A stretch of DNA of 63,852 bases, counting the filler, from Octopus bimaculoides (Eukaryota), in assembly GCF_001194135.2 (NCBI RefSeq). It is 7 parts of 6 records of this genome, joined end to end, with 100 filler letters (N's around TTAATTAATTAA, not from the genome) between each part and the next. Parts side by side here need not be neighbours in the genome. Positions count along the whole stretch, not along the records: positions 41,216 to 43,124 come from NW_026315369.1; positions 43,225 to 56,375 come from NC_068986.1; 5 more parts are not named here. One strand, given 5' to 3'. A program made the translations under genes and the position numbers. Shown piece by piece: positions 41,116-54,309 of the stretch (within the stretch, counting starts at the first letter, position 1; each line of letters begins with the position of its first letter). The notes beneath the pieces are model-generated. The model was given only the letters and a program-made list of their open reading frames with translations, was not told where the DNA came from and did not search any database.

Positions 41116-42814
41116 NNNNNNNNNNNNNNNNNNNNNNNNNNNNNNNNNNNNNNNNNNNNTTAATTAATTAANNNNNNNNNNNNNNNNNNNNNNNNNNNNN
41201 NNNNNNNNNNNNNNNGTATGTATGTATGTATGTATGTATGTATGTATGTATGTGTGTGTATTTATATTTATATATACATATATATATATACGCATATATA
41301 TTTCTATGTATGTATGTATGTATATATGTATTGGACAAGTGCTTAAGTACTGGAAAAATTTCTCCACGGAATTCAAGAGACCAATATCTTTAACATGCCG
41401 TTAAATGTCGTTAAATTCCAATATATTATTACTTCGATGCAATAACCATAGCTAGATTAAATTTGCATAAAGTTTAAAATTGGCAAAAACGAATATTCAG
41501 ACGAATAGAAAACAAAAAGATTTCACAGATATTTAAAAAATTTCATTTGTTTTCTTTAACAGTTGTTTCTATGCGCCAAATATCTTCAACTTTATACGTA
41601 CAACATAGTTGACACATAAATAATGTGCCTCGTGAAATTCCTTGCTTATTACATTCATCTAAATTAATCAATCATATATGAATTATGTAATAATTGTAAA
41701 CTTGATATTTGCTCTTTAGCCATCGAAACAGCTGTAGAGTAAAACGAAAGAATGTTTTGAAATATCGAGATCAGCTATTTTTTTCTATTCAATAGATTCT
41801 TATTTTAATCGACCAGAAAGTCTTATGGCTAAAACAACTAATTTTCCATTGGCAGCAAGACTAAATATATATGAGTATGACTTCGTATGCAGCCATTCAA
41901 CAAGGGATGGTCATGGCTAGAACAACTATGTTCAAAGGCGTTTCATACGTGACAACTCCGGTTTTTCGGGGTTCTATAGGAATACGTTATCTCATGTGTC
42001 CTTCCTTTATTGAAGATTGNNNNNNNNNNNNNNNNNNNNNNNNNNNNNNNNNNNNNNNNNNNNNNNNNNNNNNNNNNNNNNNNNNNNNNNNNNNNNNNNN
42101 NNNNNNNNNNNNNNNNNNNNNNNNNNNNNNNNNNNNNNNNNNNNNNNNNNNNNNNNNNNNNNNNNNNNNNNNNNNNNNNNNNNNNNNNNNNNNNNNNNNN
42201 NNNNNNNNNNNNNNNNNNNNNNNNNNNNNNNNNNNNNNNNNNNNNNNNNNNNNNNNNNNNNNNNNNNNNNNNNNNNNNNNNNNNNNNNNNNNNNNNNNNN
42301 NNNNNNNNNNNNNNNNNNNNNNNNNNNNNNNNNNNNNNNNNNNNNNNNNNNNNNNNNNNNNNNNNNNNNNNNNNNNNNNNNNNNNNNNNNNNNNNNNNNN
42401 NNNNNNNNNNNNNNNNNNNNNNNNNNNNNNNNNNNNNNNNNNNNNNNNNNNNNNNNNNNNNNNNNNNNNNNNNNNNNNNNNNNNNNNNNNNNNNNNNNNN
42501 NNNNNNNNNNNNNNNNNNNNNNNNNNNNNNNNNNNNNNNNNNNNNNNNNNNNNNNNNNNNNNNNNNNNNNNNNNNNNNNNNNNNNNNNNNNNNNNNNNNN
42601 NNNNNNNNNNNNNNNNNNNNNNNNNNNNNNNNNNNNNNNNNNNNNNNNNNNNNNNNNNNNNNNGTATGCACATACCTGTACGTATATATGCATATACTCA
42701 TTTACTATTTGTTTATACATACATATATTTCGTTTTTGTATTCTTTCTGTGAATTCGTCTGTTGAAGCATATTTCATAGCGTCTGGGGAAAGACATTCTG
42801 TTTTAATGCCTTAT

Positions 42815-43124
42815 CAATTAACACACTCACTGGTTCGATTTCCACTCATTTACTTAATTATGCTTTCTAAAATTTTCGTTGCTTCTTGCAACCTCTTCAA
42901 TAGTCATTGACTCTGTCCGTTATCGGAGCTGCGTTCTTTTTGTTTGTTTGTGCGCATATGTGTACTTCAGATTGCATGTGTATACACAAACAAACGAAAA
43001 GAACGCGGCTCCAATAACGGACAGAGTCAACGACTATTAAAGAGGTTGCAAGAAGCAACGAAAATTTTAGAAAACATAATTAAGTAAATGAGTGGAAATC
43101 GAACCAGTGAGTGTGTTAATTGAT
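42815..43124. repeat. Foldback palindrome (~145-nt arms, short spacer) running into a scaffold join
   Basis: acacactcactggttcgatttccactcatttac.. is the reverse complement of ..gtaaatgagtggaaatcgaaccagtgagtgtgt, with scattered substitutions. Confidence 0.9.
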
Positions 43125-44626
43125 NNNNNNNNNNNNNNNNNNNNNNNNNNNNNNNNNNNNNNNNNNNNTTAATTAATTAANNNNNNNNNNNNNNNNNNNN
43201 NNNNNNNNNNNNNNNNNNNNNNNNCAACCTGGGACCGGCAGGTTTCAGCGTTTGACACAGAACAACTTAAACTTTCGCAACTCCTCTCTGGATCCTACTC
43301 CATCACACAAGACGAAAAACATCGCACAGTCCCTTTCCCCCCCCCAAAAAAAAACACGTCAATCTCACACAAATCCAACGAAACGTGAATCACGGTAAAC
43401 CGGAAGCCAGCTTCTCACTACACAGCCACGCCTGCGCCTATATGTGTATGTTTGTGACATATTTTAACCCCCAATCAGAATTCCCAAACATCGATGCTTC
43501 TAGTTCTTTAGCCGAAATCATTAGGACATATCTTCGAGAGACCTTATCAAAGCATAGCTTTAGCTAAAATACAGTAAACAACATTGACTGAATTGCGCCA
43601 GTAAACTGCCGAGGTCGTGGAAATTACGGTTATACCAGCGTCTGCCGTTGATAACTGTTAAGGAGTTAGAAGCATCGATGAGTGGGAATCCTTAAGGGGG
43701 TGATACTGAACAGATATGGTGTTTTCACAACTTGCTACCATAAAAGCGAATTTTTCTCCTCGGTAGCTGCAGTGAATTTGTCTTTTAGCAGTTCAAATAT
43801 ATGACAAACATATTTTAACTTACCTAAAATTTTCTGCGTCTATTTAGAACCAACCCTCCGTGATAAGCGGCGACACATGTATACTAAATATTACATTATG
43901 ATATCTATATTACCCTTTTATAAGACAGCAGGATGTGATTAGAGTGAAGTATACTTTCCATTTACAGTAAGCCGACCGACCACCTACAATCTTCCTCGTC
44001 CCAAATAATAGTTTAAGTGTTACAACTATTATATAAACACAAGCCGTCTGCATCCGATTCTAACCAAGCTCTTCTTATCCTCCTGTCTTTTGTTTAAAAC
44101 TAATTATTTGTTCCCATTTTTATCTCAATCTCTTTGCGAAAAAGTGTCTGATCAAAATCTATTGATATGCCAACGAATAGCTATTTTTCAAACCAATATT
44201 CAATTATAATGTTTGTGCACACTGTCTTAATTACGCTATTACTTTCAAAAGCTAAGTCTAATATTACATTTAATAGGCGATTGTAAGAGATAACTGTGCT
44301 TGAATATTCCAAGTATTTATTGCTTAAACTACATATTTTAAACTATATCGTGTATGTGATTTGCTAATAGTTTTACGAACGAAAACCTAAGTTCTCCATC
44401 CGTACGGAATTGTTTAGAATCTTCTTTATCTTGAACACATTTCAGTTACTGCACCAATTAATATATAACAGGTTTCTCGTTTGTCTGCAAGTGATAGTAA
44501 CTCTAGTGAATTTATCAAACTTCAAGGAGTGTGGCAACGGTAGTGTTACTGACCACAAATATATATATGCAATAAAATATATTGAAATTTGCCGAAATAA
44601 ATTAATAACATATAGGCGCAGAGGTG

Positions 44627-45932
44627 GGCGTATGGTAACAAGCTTCCTTTTCGATCAAACTACTTCAGGTTCAATCTCAATGAATGGAACTTTGGGAAAT
44701 TGTCTTCAACTATAGCCTTGGACCAATCACAGCCTTGTGAGAGGGTCTGGAATATGGAAACTGGAAGAAGCCCATCGAATATATACACACACATATGTGT
44801 GTGAGTATATATATGTTTCAGTGTATGTGTGATTGTGTTTGTGCCCCACCATCGCTTCGCAAGCGAACGCAGTGAGGGACCATTGAACGCAGTGGGAGAC
44901 CATTGAACGCAGTGAGGGACCATTGAACTTTTGGGGGACCATTGAACGCAGTGAGGGACCACTGAACTTTTTGGGACCATTGAACGCAGTGAGGGACCAT
45001 TGAACTTTTTGGGGGACCATTGAACGCAGTGAGGGACCACTGAACCCGGAACCATGTGCTTGGGAAGCAACATTCTTACCACACAGCCTCACATGCTCGT
45101 AATGCAAATAATATGTTAAATAATTTTTTTTCCAATTCTGAAAATCGAAACATTTTATATGTAAATAATATTTTTCAACATGTTTCAGTTATTCGTTTGT
45201 GGCGATGCTGGAGCACTGTATTCGAGTGTTTAGTCGAACAAATCGATCCAATCGCTTCTTTTTATACTTGTAAATTATTCCATGACGAATCGCGAAGTTT
45301 CGGGTCATAAACAAAGCAACACCGCAAAGCGTTCAATGGTCCCCCAATAGTTAGTTCAATGGTCTTTCACTGCGTTCAATGCGTTCAAAAGTCCCCCACT
45401 GCGTATGGTAAAAAGCTTCCTTTCGACTACACTACTTCAGGTTCAATCTCAATGAATGGAACTTTGGGAAATTGTCTTTAACTATAGCCTTGGACCAATC
45501 ACAGCCTTGTGAGGGGGTCTGAAATATGGAAACTGGAGGAAGCTCATGAAATATATACACACACATATGTGTGTGAGTATATATATGTTTCAGTGTATGT
45601 GTGATTGTGTTTGTGCCCCACCATCGCTTCGGAAGCGGTGTTGCTTTGTTTATGACCCGAAACTTCCGCGATTCGTCATGGAATAAGTTACAAGTATAAA
45701 AAGAAGCGTTTGGATCAATTTGTTCGAGTAAACACTCGAATACAGTCCCCCAAAAGTTCAATGGTCCCTCACTGCGTTCAATGGTCACCCACTGCGTTCA
45801 ATGGTCCCCTACTGCGTTCAATGGTCCCTCACTGCGTTCAATGGTCCACAATGCGTTCAATGGTCCTTCAATGCGTTCAATGGTACCCCACTGCGTTCAT
45901 TGGTCCCTCACTGCATTCAATGGTCCCCCACT
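44627..45932. repeat. Rearranged SINE cluster with a 20-nt minisatellite in both orientations
   Basis: Unit CATTGAACGCAGTGAGGGAC at 44866-45046, inverted at 45329-45402 and 45747-45932. Direct duplication 44627-44866 / 45400-45637. Inverted duplication 45215-45325 / 45635-45746. Confidence 0.9.
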
Positions 45933-46200
45933 GGAAACATCTGAACCACTCGTACACTTGTGTGCGCATCATATACTCCTCACCATACACTTTCTGAAAA
46001 TATGTGTAGGCCTCTAAGCAGGAATCGCCATGACAAGTTTCTCTATCATGGTCAATGCGATGATCACACGCTACACACCTTCCTTCCAAGCACTGCTGCA
46101 AACAATGGAAGTGATTTAGAACATCTAAACTTAATGTGCATGCACAGCAGAGTTCAAGAAGAATCTGTGCCAAAGGGCTTCACTCTCCGTGCTTTAGCTT
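45933..46200 (-). mobile_element. Mariner 5' fragment
   Basis: Minus-strand EAYTYFQKVYGEEYMMRTQVYEWFRCF matches the mariner N-terminal HTH pattern. Confidence 0.6.
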
Positions 46201-46809
46201 TGTTACTATAGCAACACACAGAGACAGACAGACACATATATATATATACGACAAGTATCTCTGTTTCCACTCACACGGCTTTCTTTGGCCTGAGTCTACA
46301 TAAAAAAGAAAAAAAAACAATTGGCCAAGATACCACGATTGTGGGACTGGACGCGGAGCCATTTGGGTGAGAATCGTATTCCTTTCCAGAAAGCCATGCT
46401 AGTGCTTGAATGCATATATACATACACATGTGTATGTATACATGATATCCTTACATGTGTGTGTGTCTGTGTGTCTGTGCGCGCGTTCGTAACATGATTA
46501 ATGTAAGTACGTTGTGAGAGAGAAATTAAAGTGCGAGATTGGTCGCGCATTTAGGGTCACTTTTGAGCTTTCTATTTTCAAAAGCACAAATGTATCAGAA
46601 GCTAAGGAAAATTGATCAGCGGTGGTGGTGAGAATGCTAGAAGCGTATTTCTGCCTCCATGAGCTTCGTCAATATTATGTATACACTGACAGCCCTTTAC
46701 TGAAACAATATTTGCCGTGACTGATACTCGAGTGAGTGAAAAATCATTGGTGTTGCAATTAACCACCCGGCAAAAGAAAAATCCGACTTTTATTCCAAGG
46801 CTTTTTATG

Positions 46810-47097
46810 AATGATAGATATCGTCCTCCCATTCCGCCTTCTCCTCCTCCTCATCATTACCATCATCATCATCGTCATCATTACCGTCATCATCATCGTC
46901 GTCGTCGCCGTCGTCGTCGACATCTTCGTCGTCGCCGTCGTCGTCGACATCATCGTCATCGTCCACATCATCATCATCATCATCATCATCATCGTCATCA
47001 TTACCGTCATCATCATCTTCATTATCATCTTCGTCGTCGTCGACAACATCGTCATCATCATCATCATCATCATCATCATCACCATCATCACCATCAC

Positions 47098-47159
<62 letters not shown>

Positions 47160-47190
47160 CCATAATCAGCATTATCATATTCATCGCTGA
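46810..47190. repeat. (CAT/CGT)n microsatellite
   Basis: Read directly; source of the poly-H/D/I ORFs. Confidence 0.95.
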
Positions 47191-49642
47191 TGCTCAGGAG
47201 CGTCATTTCATTAAAGAGAAATTTGTCTTCATAATCTGCTGTAATAAGAGAAAGGTTTCTGATCACCTGCTCTGATCAATCAATGTTGGCTATAATTAGT
47301 TAACTAAAACTAATCACGTGATCATTAATTAAAAATTATCTCAAGATTCTTGTCACTTATACACTCAATCTCCCTGCCCCTCAATCTTTCTCTCTCTCTC
47401 AATCTTTCTCTCTCTCTCTCAATCTTTCTCTCTCTCTCTCAATCTTTCTCTCTCTCTCAATCTTTCTCTCCCTCTCAATCTTTCTCTCTCTCTGAATCTT
47501 TCTCTCTCTGTCTCTCCGCCTCTTTCTCTCTGTCTATTTATTACACACACACACACTCAAAAAAATACATTTACACTAGGATTGCTAAGGTGGTGTATAT
47601 CCACGCTGACAATCATAGACAGAAAACAAACCGATCCACGCACTGTAGTTAATGGTTTACACGTTTAAGTAAGAATTTTATATTTTTCTTATTCGTATTA
47701 GGCGCAGTCGGGGCTGTGTGGTAAGAATTTTCGTTTCAAATCACATGTTTCTCAGCTCCGTTCAACTGCGTGGCACATTGAGCAAGTGTCTTCTACTAAA
47801 GCCTCGGGACGACCAAAGCCTTGTGAGCGGATTTATTTGACGGAAACTGAAAGAAGCCTGTCGTATATATACATACATGCATACATACATACACATATAC
47901 ATGCATGCATACATACATACATACATATGGGGTTAAATTACAGCAACATTCGTCCTAAACCAGGACTGCCATGTTATGCTGGCAAACATTCTTTACTACT
48001 TTATCTGGTAATATAGCATATATTCTATAATTATAATTTAAGTTTTTATCACATTTCTCGGTGTTTGTGCAAAATAGTGAAATGAATACCCGTTTACAAA
48101 ATAGAAAATAGGGCGCTTGATCGATTATCAATTATCCAGGTTTCTGGATTTTTTTTGGGCTTTCTGGAGATAACATAAATATATAAGGTAAACTTTGAAT
48201 CGTAAAGAACTAAATTGTATTTAACGGATTCGAATTGATACACGTCTAAACCAGACACTGACTGATACCTATTATCCATTTAAAATTCTTTAAACATAAC
48301 ATGCTGAACCGTAAATATACTATATTTCCAGGATGAAAATAATAATAAAAAAAAAACTAAGCAAAGGACATGATTTTATTTAACGGTTTTAGGTACAAAT
48401 GTTATGTACGGTCAGGCATCTTATCATAAACTGATGCGACCTGCTACTGGTGCACTGCAAACCTGTACTACCTCTTCCGTGGCCGGGCGGTCGGTGGCAA
48501 AACCGGCTTATCCACTTGAGTAAATTGAGTAACTTGTGGAGAGACTTTCTGGACACTGAATACAACCAAAAAGAAGACCTATCGAAAGATAAACGAGTTC
48601 CTTGTGGACCAACAACAATCCATTTAGAGAAGGCAATTGCAAACAACTGCTATATCTCTGTCAGCGAAACACTGTAAGTAAAGTCAGAACGAAGTAACGC
48701 TATGGTTTCATCCGATGGGAGAATCTGCGATTAACCAGGAAGACTTTGGATGAATGTCATCAACACGCTGCAAAAGGCGTATAATACATAACAACGAAAA
48801 GTAGAAATCAACATTATTCGAAAACAGAGCAGCCTTGACTTCACATGATTTTAAAAAGTACAGAAGAACGCTATTTTTAGCATACAATATGCGCAAAAAC
48901 AACTTCAATAACAGTTTTTTGTTTTTTTTTTTTTTGCTCAATACAGGGTAAGTTATATTGCGCGATATTGCACTGAGTTACCAAATTTCTAGGAGCCGCA
49001 TATGTTACAATAAAATATGATGAATTACAACAATATTAAAATAATGAAAAATATATTTTAAAAAACTTCTGCCCGTGTTGATTTTTCATATCGTTGAATT
49101 TGAACATTTGATGGGAAGACGACATCGTAATAAACTCAGGTTAAGTATCACCGACAAGTTTCTTCCTCATTCCAGTTTTGTGGCTACAGAGAAATATTAT
49201 AGAGATTAAATCAGAAACGTGCGAAGTGCTTGCTGCTTTGTATTATCACAACGAGCCGAAAGAATTTGATTGATTTAAAATGATCGATATTACGTAAAAC
49301 CACGTCGACACAAAATCTTCTTTTCGAAGATATTTAAAAAAAGTTAAATTATGTCCGACGCACGGGTTGTTGTTTTGGTTATTTCAGATCGACGTTGTTT
49401 TAGGAAACGGGATAAAGGGATATCCATCCTTGACCACCCCGCTATTCTAAAACTATATTGTATCATTTTAGTTCGGGTGTATTTGTTTGTATCATATGAG
49501 TGTTTCCCAACCACGATCACATGACCCTGGGAGTCGAAACAGAATTTTGTTCTTAAAATTTATCTGCAATAAATTGGTTAAAATAATACAATGCAAAAAA
49601 TATTTTGACACTTTTCATAAAATTATTAATAATATTTAACTA

Positions 49643-49864
49643 TTGAGTTAGTGCATAATTAATACGCCTTTTTTTTCAACAAATTTTATTCAACAAAGCA
49701 ATAACTATATTTAACAAAAGCATCTTTAGATGATCTTCTGATCGTCTGCCAAGCAAATGGGAAGCAATAATCGAAGTAGATGCAGAATATGCTCCGGAAT
49801 AATCATTGTTTTTCCTGAATAAAATTTGTTGAAAAAAAGCCGCAATATTTATGCACCAACTCAA
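49643..49864 (+). mobile_element. Mariner-derived MITE with ~50-bp TIRs
   Basis: TA|ttgagttagtgcataattaatacgcc..ttcaacaaattttattca and tgaataaaatttgttgaaaaaaagccgc..atgcaccaactcaa|TA. The interior retains the transposase end (RLPSKWEAIIEVDAEYAPE*). Confidence 0.88.
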
Positions 49865-50549
49865 TATAAACATATCGTAGGAAGTTATTTTTTTTAAACA
49901 TAGACAAACTATGGAAGTCCGATAGTGCAAAATAGGAATTAAAAGGGCCCATAGTTTAAACAATTGTTATGAGCTACCGTTTTAGGTGATGGTTGCTGGT
50001 TTGAGAGTATTTAACATCTCATTCATAGCAGACCACATAAAGCCATAAAGTCATCTGGTGTCTGGTGTCTGTAGTTTCATTTACGTATCTCGAAGAATCA
50101 TTAACGCCAGTCTCTTTCCTAACAGCTCAATTATTTCTCCTTACATAAAACACTCTGCGTCATTATATCGAACAACGGATAAAGGAAGAAATTTTATTAT
50201 ATAATCATGAAAAGGATTATGTTAAGCATTACTCGGGATTATATACTTGTTGCGAGGATATATTTAAGATCCAGCGAATCGGTTGCAAATAGAACGCTAA
50301 TGTTTCTTACAAACAACCAGATTGCCTTACATATTTTTGTTTTTGTATTTCTTGATTCGGTGTTGTGGTCTGGTTTCAAAGAGAATTGCATGTGTAATCT
50401 GCTTGACGGAATCCACGACGAAGGCCTATTTCTAGACACCAATGAATAACATCATCGTCATCATCATCAATCGTCATCGTCACCAGCAGCAGCAGCAGCG
50501 CAGATTACGAGAGTAATTAAAAAAGAAAAAACATTTGTTAAAGGTATTT

Positions 50550-51065
50550 ATTTATTTATTGCCCACAGTAGGGCTAAAAATAGAGGGGACAAACAAAGAC
50601 AGACAAACAGATCAAGCCGATAAATTGACCCCAATGTGTAACTGGTACTTATTTAATCAACCCCGAAAAGATGAAAGGCAAAGTCTACCTGGCCGGAATT
50701 TGAACTCAGAACGTAGCGGCAGATGAAATAACGCTACGCATTTCGCCCGGCGTGCTAGCGTTTCTTATTTCTTTATTGCCCAGAAGAGGCTAAACATAGA
50801 GGGGACAAGCAAGAACAGACAAAGGGATTAAGTCGATTAGATCGATCGCAGTGCGTAACTGGTTCTTAATTTATCGACCTCCGAAAGATTGAAAGGCAAA
50901 GTCGACCTCGGTGGAGTTTGAACTCAGAACGTAGCGGCATCTGAAATAACGATAAGCATTTTTGCCGGCGTGCTAACATTTCTGCCAGATCGCCGCCTTC
51001 GTCACGGTAAAACATGTATTTCTTTATTACCCACACTGGGGCTAACGATTCTGCCAGCACACCGC
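50550..51065 (-). mobile_element. Tandem family-B SINE copies
   Basis: Two near-complete units, each containing gaaaggcaaagtc..gaactcagaacgtagcggca, plus a third partial unit. Confidence 0.85.
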
Positions 51066-51254
51066 CCGAATTACTAAAGCAATTAGCTTCACATAAGAAC
51101 ACCTCGCCATCTATCTAACTTCATTAGCAGCAGGCTGAGCCAGACAAAAAAAAAAAAAAAGGCACTTAGGTTCTCGCATGGAAACCAAGCAGAATCTAGC
51201 AGAAGTGCATGTGTGCTTACGTAAAGGAAAGGATATATAAGTAGTGTTAATGCA

Positions 51255-51500
51255 TGAGGTGGAGTCGCGTGGTTTAGTGGTTAGGGTGTTAGGATCATGA
51301 TCGTAATACTGTGGTTTCGATCCTTGGACCGGGTGAAGCGTGGTGTTCTTGAGCAAAACACTTTATTTCACAAAGCTCCAGTCAACTCAGCTTGCGAAAA
51401 TGAAGAATTCTGCAACGGATCGGCGTCCCGTCCAGGAGAGCAATTCCTATAACACTGAAACCTGGAAACCAGCCCTTATGAGCCTTGCTTGGCTCGAAAA
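51255..51500 (+). mobile_element. Family-C SINE
   Basis: tRNA-like head (ggtttagtggttaggg..ggtttcgatcc) and a body alignable to 10120-10345; ends at (CTT)n. Confidence 0.75.
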
Positions 51501-51829
51501 GAATTCATTTCTTCTTCTTCTTCTTCTTCTTCTTCTTCTTCTTCTTCTTCTTCTTCTTCTTCTTCTTCTTCTTCTTCTTCTAGATATCGAGATAGGCGAT
51601 GGACTCTCTCGTCGAGGACGACGAGAGAGTGTTCAGGTTTTGCCGAAAGACGTGCACATGGTGATCACTTGTTCATAGTGATCAACTGTGGGTACTGTAC
51701 ATTAATTAGCTCGCTCCCTCCATCTAATCAACGCTACCTGAACAGGTGCACGGGGTACCACAAATTTGGGGTCGATTGCATCGACCCCAGCACTCAACTG
51801 AAAGGATTTATCATTTTACTTGTTTATAT

Positions 51830-52285
<456 letters not shown>

Positions 52286-52785
52286 GCACCGATATGGAAT
52301 GAAAAACCGACCCAGAGTGACTGCAGTCAACAACAAGAAAAACGGTACAAATAAAAGATTGCGTGGAACACCTTAGCCACGATAACACGTGCCTTCACGG
52401 GAGAAGGTGTTACACTTTCTTTGATAGGAAGTTGCCGTGAACGGAGTGCTATGTATGAAGTCGCTTTTCATTGGTTAATTTTCGCCTACGTCACCAGATA
52501 TATTGTAAATAGCTGACATGCTATATTTGTTCAATTGCATCTTAGACAGAGCTGACTAACATTTATCGACAACCCCACACACTCACATTTTCACACGTAT
52601 TCTAATACATACACACGCACACACACATACACACACACAGACAGACACACACATATACATACGTATATAAATATATATACATATATGTCAGTATGCGGTG
52701 TGAAGAGCAGTTTAATTCATCTTTTGAAGAGCCTCCGATTATTTTCTTGTGTATATATATAATGTATTAGTACATAGATGGATGG

Positions 52786-52868
<83 letters not shown>

Positions 52869-52873
52869 TAGTG

Positions 52874-52911
<38 letters not shown>

Positions 52912-54309
52912 TTACATACATAGATAGATAAATAGATGGATATATTTGTATGCTTTTGTATGAGCAGCTGTTTAATTTATTTTTTGAAGAGTTTCTGAGT
53001 GCTAGCTTGTAATTGTGTTGCCTGTCTGAAAAATACAAAAAACAAAAAAAATTAAAACAGTTGATTCCTGCCGGGTAATTTGTATGACATATTATAGCCA
53101 CATTAACATTCAATATAGAGAATGATATTAATTGGACATCAAAATAATTGATTAAAAAAACAAGAAATGACGTGATGATCTCTAACTTAATTGATTGAAG
53201 TGTGTGTGTGAGTGTGTGCGTGTGTGTGAGTGTGTGCGTGTGTGTGAGTGTGTGCGTGTGTGTGAGTGTGTGCGTGTGTGTGAGTGTGTGCGTGTGTGTG
53301 AGTGTGTAACAACTACACAGTGAAGAAGAGTTACGAAAAGCACAAAAATATATGTTCAACAAAAATAAAACAAGTCATATCTTTGGCTAAATAAAGGAAA
53401 CTTTACGGAAAGACAGACAACAAGTAACGAATGTCTTTAGCAATATTGACAATAAAATATTCTACAAAAAAAATAAAAAAAGATGAAATTTCAGTAACGT
53501 CTTAGTTTATTAATTTTTGTTTGTTATTATTCCATGCAGTCCAACATTTCGCAACAGAAATACTTCAAATGTAAAGATGATGCACAATTATTAATTCGGA
53601 AATATTTTTCTTGCTGTCTTACTCACTGTTTATTTTGGAATGTACACGGTTCATTTTGGAAGGGAAAACATGGGGTTGTGAGACTTTCCTCTATTTTTCA
53701 TTATCTTATTTACATATATGAAGTGAAATTTTAATAAACACGTTTCTCTGGTAAACATTCACCCAGGTGTAGAATGTTTCATTAACCTACATCTGAAAAG
53801 GAAAATAAAAACAAAATTTAGCGCGTTCGTAAACTTGCTCCTCCTAAGANNNNNNNNNNNNNNNNNNNNNNNNNNNNNNNNNNNNNNNNNNNNNNNNNNN
53901 NNNNNNNNNNNNNNNNNNNNNNNNNNNNNNNNNNNNNNNNNNNNNNNNNNNNNNNNNNNNNNNNNNNNNNNNNNNNNNNNNNNNNNNNNNNNNNNNNNNN
54001 NNNNNNNNNNNNNNNNNNNNNNNNNNNNNNNNNNNNNNNNNNNNNNNNNNNNNNNNNNNNNNNNNNNNNNNNNNNNNNNNNNNNNNNNNNNNNNNNNNNN
54101 NNTATATATATACATGTGTGTGTGTGTGTGTGTGCGTGTGTGTGTGCGTGTATGTCTCTGTGTGTGTGTTAGTGTTTGCTTGTGTGTGTGTGCCTATTTG
54201 TGTCTGTTACCCCCACTCACGCTTGACGTCCGATGTTGGTGTATTTACATCTCCAAAATAGCGGTTCGGTATAAGATAAAGATAGAATGAGTACTAGGCT
54301 AGTGTTTGC

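Noticed and set aside
41871-42019. ..CPSFIED resembling the desulfurase-family FIED motif
   Set aside because: Only four residues match, the preceding DYTASG motif is absent, and there is no acceptor site.
44866-45046. Regular short repeats resembling a CRISPR array
   Set aside because: The units are contiguous with no unique spacers, the context is eukaryotic, and there are no cas genes. This is a minisatellite.
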